Shown here: piece by piece, positions 19,297 through 27,903 of the stretch
How the letters are laid out: each line of letters starts with the position of its first letter
How positions within the stretch are numbered: the first letter of the stretch is position 1
Virus record (IMG/VR): IMGVR_UViG_3300044627_003892
Source: a virus
Lineage: Duplodnaviria > Caudoviricetes
Strand: one strand, 5' to 3'
DNA: 64,000 nucleotides
The notes under the pieces: model-generated
The model's input: the letters and a program-made list of their open reading frames with translations, nothing else
Told to the model about the DNA's origin: nothing
Database searches by the model: none
Made by a program: the position numbers and the translations under genes

Positions 19297-19626
19297 ATGA
19301 AATACCTTATCACCGAATCACAATTAGACAGAGTAATCTTTAGATATTTGGATATTAAGAACTTTATTCAGATTAAAAAGGGTGCAACTATATTTTTAGT
19401 TAATTTAGAAGATGATGAATACGCTGAGATTAGATATGATAAAATTAGTGGATGGTGTTACATTGTTAATAGTTTAATTAATGAAGTGGCCTCTTTCTTT
19501 TCTTTGGGTATCTCCGATTCCATGGAACTTATCCGTAGATGGGTTGAAAATACCCTCAAAGTAATAGTTGTACAAGTCCGTGGGGCTAAACCCGCACCGA
19601 ATGTATGGATAAGAGTAAATAACTAA
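19297..19626 (+). CDS. MKYLITES family protein with WVENTL domain
   Basis: Shares an identical ~47-nt stretch with the 15796 gene. Confidence 0.8.
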   Translation: MKYLITESQLDRVIFRYLDIKNFIQIKKGATIFLVNLEDDEYAEIRYDKISGWCYIVNSLINEVASFFSLGISDSMELIRRWVENTLKVIVVQVRGAKPAPNVWIRVNN

Positions 19627-19634
19627 TATAATAT

Positions 19635-20045
19635 ATGAAATACATAATCACTGAGAATCAATATAGCAAAACTCTTAAACCCTTATTAGAGAAATTTGGT
19701 ATGCGTACTCTGTGTAAAATGACTGATAAGGAACCTGAAGATATTATTGATGAGATTGGTCTTAAAGGAACAAGAGAAGATATTATCTTTCTAACAAAAA
19801 CTATACTTGAAAATGATATCTCAACCGTCTTGATGTATTGTAGTTATAATATCATACCCACTCGTGACTCTATGAACTTGGTCGTCTACATACCTAAGCC
19901 AGCTCCTGCAAATGTGGGAAGGTATATCTATGAGGAAGGTACAAGAAGTATGTATAGAGATGTTATTTCTAAGGCTTTATATCAATTGGGTGGTGGTCTA
20001 ATTAGAGTTCACAATATTGAGGTTTATAATACAGGAAATTGTTAA
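19635..20045 (+). CDS. MKYxITE leader protein
   Basis: MKYIITENQ. Confidence 0.75.
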   Translation: MKYIITENQYSKTLKPLLEKFGMRTLCKMTDKEPEDIIDEIGLKGTREDIIFLTKTILENDISTVLMYCSYNIIPTRDSMNLVVYIPKPAPANVGRYIYEEGTRSMYRDVISKALYQLGGGLIRVHNIEVYNTGNC

Positions 20046-20061
20046 CTTATATTTATATATA

Positions 20062-20418
20062 ATGAAATATCTTATCACCGAATCAAAATTAAAAACATTC
20101 ATTAAAAACAAGTTTAATATTGACCTGACAGGTCGTGTGGAATTTGAACCTGATTCATATGAATTATTGGTTTATTTTGATAACTATCTTACTCAAGATA
20201 GTTTAGCAAGAAGACGGAGAATGGATAACTATGGTCCGATATATTTTATAGAATTAGATAATGGAAATAAAATATTTTATCAAATGAATTATAGTTCAGA
20301 CAGTCCTTTAATTCTTAGTAACGAAGGTGCTCAATATACTGAATCACAATTTATGAATTTACTTGGTATCTCAGGTCTTGGAATATCAATTGAACAATTT
20401 CTTGATTTATACGTATAA
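20062..20418 (+). CDS. MKYLITES leader protein
   Basis: Start reassigned to MKYLITESKL. Confidence 0.75.
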   Translation: MKYLITESKLKTFIKNKFNIDLTGRVEFEPDSYELLVYFDNYLTQDSLARRRRMDNYGPIYFIELDNGNKIFYQMNYSSDSPLILSNEGAQYTESQFMNLLGISGLGISIEQFLDLYV

Positions 20419-20433
20419 GATACTTAATCACTA

Positions 20434-21234
20434 TTAGATTAACGTACCAACATATCCTAATGCATCCCAATGACTCTTTCCTTTTGGTGTCTTAGTTGCA
20501 CCCGCTACCACATCTAATCCTCTTGCTTTCGATGGACCTGTAATAACATGTGATGATGGAACTCCTTTACCTACCGCAGACTGAACTGAACTTGATGTAT
20601 TCTTAGATATAGCGTAAGGTTCTACTATGAATAACTTACTTTTGTTTTTAATAAGAGAAGCAACTTTAGATGAGTATGAACATCCTGCACTGAATAATAC
20701 AACTGTCGCGTTAGGATTTTGTATGATTGCGGTTTCAATCTTATCAAATTGATTATATCTATATCCTATAACATTTTTCTTTGAACTATTACTTTTAAGT
20801 AAGTTTATTTGTTCACCTATGTTTAAGTCTCCCTTTCTATAATCTAATCCACCCATTAATATAACATCAACAATTGGAGCTTTAGAATCTTTTTTATCAT
20901 CAGACTCCGTTGATTCGTATATGACATCAACACATTCTTTATTATAAAACCTTTCTAAGTCATCCCTCATGTAGTTTTCTACATACGTAACACCATCTTT
21001 ATATTTTAACCACTCAGACAACGGACCATCGGTATCAGAACCATCTGTAATCATGTCCATAATTTCATGTTGTATACCACGCATGAATGCTTCAAAGTTT
21101 TCAAAATCACATGGATAATTAGTTACATTGTTATCCCATACAAACGATTTAAATCTATTCAATCTTCTTTTGAACTTTGGTGAAAAATCTGTTTCTTCCC
21201 TTAATACTTTTTTTATATTCTCTTGTAGGTTCAT
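20434..21234 (-). CDS. MNLQE leader protein with possible alpha/beta-hydrolase-like C-terminal domain
   Basis: VILMGGL, VVLFSAG (elbow-like), IVEP, HW motifs. Confidence 0.4.
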   Translation of the reverse strand: MNLQENIKKVLREETDFSPKFKRRLNRFKSFVWDNNVTNYPCDFENFEAFMRGIQHEIMDMITDGSDTDGPLSEWLKYKDGVTYVENYMRDDLERFYNKECVDVIYESTESDDKKDSKAPIVDVILMGGLDYRKGDLNIGEQINLLKSNSSKKNVIGYRYNQFDKIETAIIQNPNATVVLFSAGCSYSSKVASLIKNKSKLFIVEPYAISKNTSSSVQSAVGKGVPSSHVITGPSKARGLDVVAGATKTPKGKSHWDALGYVGTLI

Positions 21235-21266
21235 AATATTATAAATATAATTATATTTATTATTAC

Positions 21267-21638
21267 ATGAAGTATATTATTACCGAGTCACAACATAAAT
21301 TAATATCCGAACTTGAAAGAACTTGGAGAGATTCTGAATATACGGAACAATACAATAGACTAAAACCTAAAATGATTCGTTATTTTGAAAATTTGGTTGA
21401 TTCACATTCTGAAAATGATGTAAGACTTAACTTATTTGATAGTGACCAAAACGCCGTAATGGTTTATAATAAACCAAGTGGTGATTTATACTATAATAGG
21501 AACTTTGACGATATATATGGTACAGCCTTTCCTCATCCCATTTGGTTAGTTCACGGCAAATTCATTATGTCAGATGTATTTAATGAGTTCTTTCCTGACT
21601 ACGAAGTTAAATCAGTTAGAAGTATAACATTATCATGA
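21267..21638 (+). CDS. MKYxITES family protein
   Basis: MKYIITESQ. Confidence 0.75.
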   Translation: MKYIITESQHKLISELERTWRDSEYTEQYNRLKPKMIRYFENLVDSHSENDVRLNLFDSDQNAVMVYNKPSGDLYYNRNFDDIYGTAFPHPIWLVHGKFIMSDVFNEFFPDYEVKSVRSITLS

Positions 21639-21973
21639 AATATTTAATCACAGAATCACAATTAGATAAAGCAATACTCAAGTTTCTTGATAGTCAGGAT
21701 TTTAATATAACTAAAATTGGTGCCAGTACATATATTTCATACCCTGAAGATGATTTTGCTCAGATTAAATATGGTGGTAATCATTCCAATAATGAATTGT
21801 GTTTTATCTATAAAGGTTTAATTGAAGCAATTTCTTCCTTCTTTTCTCTTAACAGTTATCAATCCACCAGAATTGTTGGGCAATGGGTTAAGAAAAAACT
21901 GAATTTGGAGGGTCAAATGTCCAACAAGATAATGAGCTCCCAATGGTCGTTAAAATTACCAACTGAAGATTAA
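21635..21973 (+). CDS. MKYLITES family protein
   Basis: SSFFSL...GQWVKKKL. Confidence 0.8.
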   Translation: MKYLITESQLDKAILKFLDSQDFNITKIGASTYISYPEDDFAQIKYGGNHSNNELCFIYKGLIEAISSFFSLNSYQSTRIVGQWVKKKLNLEGQMSNKIMSSQWSLKLPTED

Positions 21974-22004
21974 TTTGTATTTTCAAAGTTTTTTTGTATC
22001 TTTG
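21974..22004 (+). promoter_or_regulatory. Bacteroidota sigma70-type promoter
   Basis: TTTG (21974-77), 19 nt, then TATCTTTG (21997-22004). Confidence 0.75.
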
Positions 22005-22009
22005 TGCTT

Positions 22010-22648
22010 ATGGTTACAGATAAGCTAAAACAACTCATATTCAAACACCTATACAAAGAGTTAGGTAATGTGGAGATAATCCCGTATAAAGACTCTGTAT
22101 GGTTCATTGATAGGGAAAATTGTTATTGGTATTTTCAGTTGTCTAAAGATGGATGTTTATTTTGGAGATACTCATTCTTCCCATCGTTTTTCAGTATTTT
22201 CTCTTTGGAGCAAAGTGAGTTTGAACCAATAATATCTTCTTGGGTGGAAGAGGTATTAAATCATAAGGTATCCACGACAGGTAATAAGCTCGGTTACTTC
22301 TCGCGAAAGGTGGAAGAGGTATTAAATCATAAGGTATCCACAACAAAAATGTTTGTAATTGACGAATTTCCTCTGGTGGAAGAGGTATTAAATCATAAGG
22401 TATCCACAACTGAAGAGAAAACTACTGTAACAGCAAAGTGGGTGGAAGAGGTCTTAAATCATAAGGTATCCGAAACTTTTGAAGTAGACGCCGCCCAAAA
22501 AAGAAAGGTAAAAAAAGTATTAGATAGTAGGGTATCAACAACTAAAAATAATTCCTTATTTTCCGAAAGGTCAGTGGAAGAAGTATTAAATAGTGCTTGG
22601 GTGAAAAAGGCATTAAACAATAAAAAAGAAAATGAAAGTAACGGATAG
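22010..22648 (+). CDS. array-bearing protein 2
   Basis: ATG at 22010 (MVTDKLKQ); paralog of 14513. Confidence 0.85.
   Translation: MVTDKLKQLIFKHLYKELGNVEIIPYKDSVWFIDRENCYWYFQLSKDGCLFWRYSFFPSFFSIFSLEQSEFEPIISSWVEEVLNHKVSTTGNKLGYFSRKVEEVLNHKVSTTKMFVIDEFPLVEEVLNHKVSTTEEKTTVTAKWVEEVLNHKVSETFEVDAAQKRKVKKVLDSRVSTTKNNSLFSERSVEEVLNSAWVKKALNNKKENESNG
22243..22592 (+). repeat. CRISPR-like in-frame array: 5 repeats plus a degenerate sixth, 5 spacers of 30 nt
   Basis: Repeat starts 22243, 22309, 22375, 22441, 22507, 22573. Confidence 0.88.
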
Positions 22649-23243
22649 ATTAAGACAACTCATATTCAAACAACTATACAAAGAATTAGGTAATGTGGAA
22701 ATTATCCCTACCCAATACAGTTATTGGTTTATTAATAGAGAAGAAAAATACTGGTATTTCCAACTAACTGAAAGTGGATGTTTATATTGGAGATATGATT
22801 ATTTCAAATCTTTCTTTTCTTTTTTCTCTTTGGAGTCCAAAGATTTTGAACCAATTATTTCATCTTGGGTGGAAGAGGTATTGAATAGTAAAGTATCCAC
22901 AACAATTGTGCAGATGCATCATAAGAAGGATTCGGTGGAAGAGGTATTGAATAGTAAGGTATCCACAACTCAGCAATTCAGTTTCACTTCGAATGATATG
23001 ATGGAAGAGGTATTGAATAGTAAGGTATCCACAACTGCAGGAAAGGCAGGAACTGTAACCATTGCGGTGGAACAGGTATTGAATCGTAAGGTATCCAAAA
23101 CAGTCCGTGACGTAGGTGAAGGAAACTTTTTGGTGGAAGATATATTGAATCGTAAGGTATCCAAAACGGAAGAATTCATCTCAAGAAGAGCGGAATCGGT
23201 ATATGAGGCATTAAACAACAAAAAAGAAAATGAAAGTAACTGA
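22632..23243 (+). CDS. array-bearing protein 3 (VEEVLNSKVSTT variant)
   Basis: Overlaps the upstream gene; paralogous N-domain. Confidence 0.85.
   Translation: MKVTDRLRQLIFKQLYKELGNVEIIPTQYSYWFINREEKYWYFQLTESGCLYWRYDYFKSFFSFFSLESKDFEPIISSWVEEVLNSKVSTTIVQMHHKKDSVEEVLNSKVSTTQQFSFTSNDMMEEVLNSKVSTTAGKAGTVTIAVEQVLNRKVSKTVRDVGEGNFLVEDILNRKVSKTEEFISRRAESVYEALNNKKENESN
22868..23216 (+). repeat. CRISPR-like in-frame array: 5 repeats plus partial, 5 spacers of 30 nt
   Basis: Repeat starts 22868, 22934, 23000, 23066, 23132, 23198; repeat variant GGTGGAAGAGGTATTGAATAGTAAGGTATCCACAAC. Confidence 0.88.
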
Positions 23244-23964
23244 TAGATTAAAACAGGTTGTATTCAAACAACTATACAAAGAATTAGGTAATGTGGAGAT
23301 AATCCCATATAAAGATTCTATATGGTTAATTGACCGAGAAAAGGAGCATTGGTATTTTGAATTTGAAAAGAGTGGTCGTTTGTGGTGGAGATATTATTTC
23401 TTTAATAGTTTTTTTACTATTTTCTCATTGGAACCCAAAGATTTTGAACCAATACTCTCTTCTTGGGTGGAAGAGGTATTAAATCATAAGGTGCCCACAA
23501 CTGAATTGTGTGCGGAGAAAAAGTATGATGAGGTGGAAGAGGTATTAAATCATAAGGTATCTACAACTGTTTACATGGGCATGAAGGCAAGTGTGAAGAT
23601 GGAAGAGGTATTAAATCATAAGGTATCCACAACGCAAAACGATATCGGTAAAGAAGGTTTCTTGGTGGAAGATGTATTAAATCATAAGGTATCTACAACA
23701 CAAACGACGAATGCGGAACAAGTGGTTTTGGTGGAAAAGGCATTAAATCATAAGGTGTCTACAATATCATTCAATACACCGCCGTTTCCGAATATGGTGG
23801 AGAAGGTATTAAATCATAAGGTGTCTAAAACCTATTGTAGACCCACTATTGTTCCCAGTGAGGTGAAAGAAGTCCTAAATCATAAGGTAACTACAACACA
23901 CACATCACGTACATGTAATTCACCAGTGGTGGAAGAGGTATTAAATGAAAACCCCACTGAGTAG
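23230..23964 (+). CDS. array-bearing protein 4
   Basis: 244 aa; paralogous N-domain. Confidence 0.85.
   Translation: MKVTDRLKQVVFKQLYKELGNVEIIPYKDSIWLIDREKEHWYFEFEKSGRLWWRYYFFNSFFTIFSLEPKDFEPILSSWVEEVLNHKVPTTELCAEKKYDEVEEVLNHKVSTTVYMGMKASVKMEEVLNHKVSTTQNDIGKEGFLVEDVLNHKVSTTQTTNAEQVVLVEKALNHKVSTISFNTPPFPNMVEKVLNHKVSKTYCRPTIVPSEVKEVLNHKVTTTHTSRTCNSPVVEEVLNENPTE
23466..23946 (+). repeat. CRISPR-like in-frame array: 7 repeats plus partial, 7 spacers of 30 nt
   Basis: Repeat starts 23466, 23532, 23598, 23664, 23730, 23796, 23862, 23928. Confidence 0.9.
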
Positions 23965-24017
23965 CGAATTCAATGGGGTTAATGTAGCCTAAACTACAAC
24001 GGTCCTAAGTCCGTATC

Positions 24018-24638
24018 TTAAGTATTTTTATCTCTAAGTCTTTCATCTGTTTCTTCTTGGACTTCAGGTATGAATCTATCCAAGATTATTTCATACACTT
24101 CTGGTAAGTAAAACGTATTATACCAATCAAATAAATTATCAACACTATTAAAAAAATAATTACCATTATGTGTATTATGTGTAAGTTCCACAAAATAATC
24201 ACCATCACCACTTGTATCGTATATTCCTACATTAGGTTTCTTTGAGTCATCTTCTAATCCATACCAATCAAGTTCAACGGGTGTATAATCAGCAGTTGCA
24301 AAAAAAGGTGTTGCCATTACCCATATTTTTTCTAATACATTAGGTGGATAGTGTCCCGATTTAAACTGCCTTGTCCAATAAAACACATCATCACTACTTA
24401 TTTCAATTTCAAATCCTTTATATTTTGCAGGTAAATTACCATTTTCAATATTTTCAACCAATAGTTCTTTAGCAACAAATTCATCAATTTTTAAATCAGA
24501 CATTTTGTATAAATAGGTAAGACTCACACCCATCATTTTTGCCGTCTTATAAACACCATGTTTACCAACAGTATCCATAATGAATTTACTCTTTTTATCT
24601 TCCCTTAATACTCTTCTTATGTGTTCCTGTAGATTCAT
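24018..24638 (-). CDS. MNLQE leader-family protein
   Basis: MNLQEHIRRVLRED. Confidence 0.75.
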   Translation of the reverse strand: MNLQEHIRRVLREDKKSKFIMDTVGKHGVYKTAKMMGVSLTYLYKMSDLKIDEFVAKELLVENIENGNLPAKYKGFEIEISSDDVFYWTRQFKSGHYPPNVLEKIWVMATPFFATADYTPVELDWYGLEDDSKKPNVGIYDTSGDGDYFVELTHNTHNGNYFFNSVDNLFDWYNTFYLPEVYEIILDRFIPEVQEETDERLRDKNT

Positions 24639-24639
24639 A

Positions 24640-25068
24640 TTAATTACTTTTACCTGTTCCTTTATTGATTAATTTTATACAGTTAGATGATATATTCTCA
24701 AATGTCACAATATGATGTTCATAATCTCCACCTTCGAAATGTGCATCTCTATACCAAGTAACCCCAGCACATTCTGTATCTATTAACCATGTGTCATCAT
24801 CATAACCATCACTAAACATATCTTCTTTATCCAATGAATCTGTGGCAAAAATTGCTGGTTGACATTCCGTATACCATTCACCATATAAATCCATTGCGTG
24901 ATTCTCATAACATTCCCCTACCGATGTCAACAACCCATTAAGTCGTATATTCTTTCTCCATACCGAATTTGATTTATGGACCACAAACTTATTAGGTGTA
25001 TATTCATCTCCTGATGGAGAATATAGTTCTTCCCTTAATATTCGTCTTATTGTTTCTTGTAGGTTCAT
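24640..25068 (-). CDS. MNLQE leader protein, possible ADP-ribosyltransferase-fold domain
   Basis: VVHKS...IRLNGL...AIFAT...DTWLID resembles the ART H-x-S/T, I..GL, aromatic pattern. Confidence 0.4.
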   Translation of the reverse strand: MNLQETIRRILREELYSPSGDEYTPNKFVVHKSNSVWRKNIRLNGLLTSVGECYENHAMDLYGEWYTECQPAIFATDSLDKEDMFSDGYDDDTWLIDTECAGVTWYRDAHFEGGDYEHHIVTFENISSNCIKLINKGTGKSN

Positions 25069-25532
25069 TTCTTTGTATTTTTAACACAGTTAGGGTATCT
25101 CTTACCAAACATAGTTTTCATTCCTTTTTGAGTATATCCTTTCCAACATCTTTCAGTTAATTCACCTTCTTTCATCTCCTGAGTTTTCTTTTTAGATTGT
25201 TCTTTTTTGGATTCAATATATTCAAAGGCAGTTCTTAATCTTTTCTTAACCTCAGGGTCTTTCGCTCTTTCCAAAGCCACTCGTAATCTTTGATGAATTA
25301 GATTTATAATCTGAGACTGACGAGCGTGTGATTTAGATTTGAAACTTTCTTTGTTTAAAGTATCTACAATATCTTGTTTTGTTCTGAACTTAACCGATAC
25401 AGTATCCTTTGGGTTTTCATCAGTATATAATCTTCTGTCGGAATCTTTTGGTTTCTTACCTGTTCCAACTTTGGGGTCTGACTCAACCAAGTATTTCCTC
25501 AATAATCTTCTTATTTGTTCTTGTAGGTTCAT
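25065..25532 (-). CDS. MNLQE leader protein, basic, with C-terminal CWKGY...PNCVK motif
   Basis: CWKGY-type motif recalled from T4-like phage proteins. Confidence 0.65.
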   Translation of the reverse strand: MNLQEQIRRLLRKYLVESDPKVGTGKKPKDSDRRLYTDENPKDTVSVKFRTKQDIVDTLNKESFKSKSHARQSQIINLIHQRLRVALERAKDPEVKKRLRTAFEYIESKKEQSKKKTQEMKEGELTERCWKGYTQKGMKTMFGKRYPNCVKNTKK

Positions 25533-25533
25533 A

Positions 25534-26169
25534 TTATCTATTATCTAATCTATTAACCTCATTATTACGAAGTTTATTCAAATACATCCATTCTAAAGAC
25601 CCAGGCTCTCTTTCTTCTAACGCCAATAAATCTTTTTTACGCCATAGTGTATTGTTCATAATAACCTTAATCATCTCGTCTTGAGTAACTCCTTCAGGTA
25701 CTTCTTTAATTGGTGGAACACACGTATATGACCTATCATTAAATGATAATTCTTCAACAGATATATCATTTCTACCCATCATATTTGAGATTTTACTTAA
25801 AAAAGTATCTTCAAACCATTCTTCAATTATATAATAAAGATAATTTCTTCTAACAGGAAAAGCCCCTAATAGTCCACCAACAAAATCTTCTTGTACTGAT
25901 AATGTTGAAGATTCAAATTGTCTTTTAGACGTTGGGGTTTTATCGTTAGTTTCTTCAAAGAACAATGCAAGATTCATTATTTGTTTTCCATTCTTACAAA
26001 ACTCAAAATCGTGTCTTGTTTTATAACTTTCAACGTGGTATATTTCAGCACCTGAAGCCATACTATTCAATCTATCCAAAATAAATTTCTCGGATTTTTC
26101 ACTCGGTTTCAAATACTTCTTGTTAACCTCTTCTCTTAATACTCTTTTTATGTGTTCCTGTAAGTTCAT
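25534..26169 (-). CDS. MNLQE leader-family protein
   Basis: MNLQEHIKRVLREE. Confidence 0.75.
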   Translation of the reverse strand: MNLQEHIKRVLREEVNKKYLKPSEKSEKFILDRLNSMASGAEIYHVESYKTRHDFEFCKNGKQIMNLALFFEETNDKTPTSKRQFESSTLSVQEDFVGGLLGAFPVRRNYLYYIIEEWFEDTFLSKISNMMGRNDISVEELSFNDRSYTCVPPIKEVPEGVTQDEMIKVIMNNTLWRKKDLLALEEREPGSLEWMYLNKLRNNEVNRLDNR

Positions 26170-26178
26170 AATATATAA

Positions 26179-26487
26179 TTAGTCGTAATGTAAATAAATA
26201 TAAAATTTGAATGGGAAAAACCTTGTAATGATTGAACCAATTTCTTTAATTGTTTCTTGTTTTACTTTATTAAAACCTTTGGGATTATCTATCGCATATT
26301 GTCTATCATAAAATATATTAACTTGAAATCCATTCATCATTTCGTCATAATCAAACTCAACACGTTTAACTGCCTTAAATTTTAGTTTGCTGAATAATGT
26401 ATTAGCAGTTTTTACAAAATGCTCCACCTTATCAAACTTTTCAGTCTCCTCTTTTAATACTTTTTTTATGTGTTCTTGTAGGTTCAT
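26179..26487 (-). CDS. MNLQE leader-family protein
   Basis: MNLQEHIKKVLKEE. Confidence 0.75.
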   Translation of the reverse strand: MNLQEHIKKVLKEETEKFDKVEHFVKTANTLFSKLKFKAVKRVEFDYDEMMNGFQVNIFYDRQYAIDNPKGFNKVKQETIKEIGSIITRFFPFKFYIYLHYD

Positions 26488-26491
26488 ATAA

Positions 26492-26827
26492 TTAATATTT
26501 AACTATCTCTTCCCCATCAGGATTTAACACTTTAATAAAAACTTGTTCAATAAGTGCCGTGTTTAAATTAATATTTAAAAAATTAAGAAGGTATTTCAGA
26601 TGATAATCATAAAGATAATGTGGGTCAAATCCTTTTTCATAAATGTTATATTCATTAATCGTTGGGTCATTTAACTTAACAGTAACATGAAGTTTATAAA
26701 AAGGAAAAGAATCGTCACCATCCCAATCAACATTAACATCAATATTATCAATCATCGGATATATATTTTTAATATATTCCGAATTGAAAAGTTTATTTAA
26801 TACTTTATCAGTTAAAATCATATTCAA
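26492..26827 (-). CDS. hypothetical protein
   Basis: 111 aa. Confidence 0.65.
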   Translation of the reverse strand: MNMILTDKVLNKLFNSEYIKNIYPMIDNIDVNVDWDGDDSFPFYKLHVTVKLNDPTINEYNIYEKGFDPHYLYDYHLKYLLNFLNINLNTALIEQVFIKVLNPDGEEIVKY

Positions 26828-26896
26828 ATTTGTCCTTCAAATTCATTATAATATAAATACTTTTATTTTATATATTTATGTTATATATTTAATCAC

Positions 26897-27415
26897 ATGG
26901 AAAAATCATTTTTAGAATCATTAAGTCAAAAGTTATTATACACAATCCTATATGTCGCTAAAACATCGTTTGATGGTGAAAAAATTGTATTAAACGATAT
27001 AGAGCATTCATATATTGTAGAAACTTTTGAGTCGGCAATTAATTCTGCTATTGGAACAGGAAGAAAAAATTTAGATTATATTGATATAGATTTCATTTTT
27101 AATCTTTATGTATTAAATGTTGATAAAATCACCACAAATAAAGCTTTTGCTGATTTAACAATACCTGAACCTAAAGAATATACTTATGATGTTTCTGAAA
27201 ATCGTGTTCAATATGTTGAAACGGTATATAGAAATACGATAACCAGTTATTCAAAACATTCTGTGACACCAATTATAGAACTTTCACAAAATGATGGTAA
27301 TTTTGATTATTACTATGGAAAAGAAGTTAGTGATATTATTACCGATTCTGAAATTCAAGAAGTTAATGTACTTTGGGGAACTATAAAAGAATTTTCACCA
27401 GATAAAAGAAAATAA
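26897..27415 (+). CDS. hypothetical protein
   Basis: 172 aa; TATTTAT upstream. Confidence 0.7.
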   Translation: MEKSFLESLSQKLLYTILYVAKTSFDGEKIVLNDIEHSYIVETFESAINSAIGTGRKNLDYIDIDFIFNLYVLNVDKITTNKAFADLTIPEPKEYTYDVSENRVQYVETVYRNTITSYSKHSVTPIIELSQNDGNFDYYYGKEVSDIITDSEIQEVNVLWGTIKEFSPDKRK

Positions 27416-27452
27416 TTTGTCAGTATAAGTTTTTATCATTACATTTGTAGTA

Positions 27453-27539
27453 ATGAAAAAGAGCGACAAAATAGAATCCGTAATCTTTACACTTGTTGCC
27501 TTGGTTGCAGTTGTATCAATGATTTTTATAGGATGTTAA
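27453..27539 (+). CDS. 28-aa membrane peptide (not in ORF track)
   Basis: MKKSDKIESVIFTLVALVAVVSMIFIGC; TACATTTG promoter at 27440-27447. Confidence 0.55.
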   Translation: MKKSDKIESVIFTLVALVAVVSMIFIGC

Positions 27540-27850
27540 TAAAAGAACAAATAAAGAAATTTATTGAATCCCAAAATGTTGAAATATTAAATGATGGTAG
27601 TTACTATTTTTTAAAAGTTTCATCTTTGGAATTACCTATTTGTGTGATAAACTCAACCAAATACGCATATGGTAATAAAGAATTCATTAAAACAATTTCA
27701 ACCTTACACTCTGTCCCAAAGGCATTGGTAATTGAAGTGTTTAATGAATGGGTACAATCACAATTTAATAACGAATTGAAGAGTGTTATATTTTTAGGTT
27801 CACCAATTTATAAGTTCATCGCTAATTTAGAAATACCATTCCCCAATTGA
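27533..27850 (+). CDS. hypothetical protein
   Basis: 105 aa. Confidence 0.65.
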   Translation: MLIKEQIKKFIESQNVEILNDGSYYFLKVSSLELPICVINSTKYAYGNKEFIKTISTLHSVPKALVIEVFNEWVQSQFNNELKSVIFLGSPIYKFIANLEIPFPN

Positions 27851-27903
27851 TTATATCAATTTTTACTACTAAACTTATACAAACAAATAAAAAATAAAAC
27901 AAA

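Noticed and set aside
22191-23221. Minus-strand repeat ORFs (WIPYDLIPLPP; VLDTLRFN)
   Set aside because: Antisense shadows of the periodic arrays; no promoter or conserved N-domain.
14749-23946. Canonical CRISPR-Cas locus
   Set aside because: No cas gene or clear anti-repeat in the window; the arrays are inside ORFs and repeats show synonymous drift, so they are reported as CRISPR-like repeats only.
14513-23964. Diversity-generating retroelement explanation for the variable units
   Set aside because: Spacers are not adenine-substituted copies of one template and no reverse transcriptase is seen.
23965-24017. tracrRNA-like element after the last array
   Set aside because: Only an 8-nt actacaac match to the repeat end; no extended anti-repeat.
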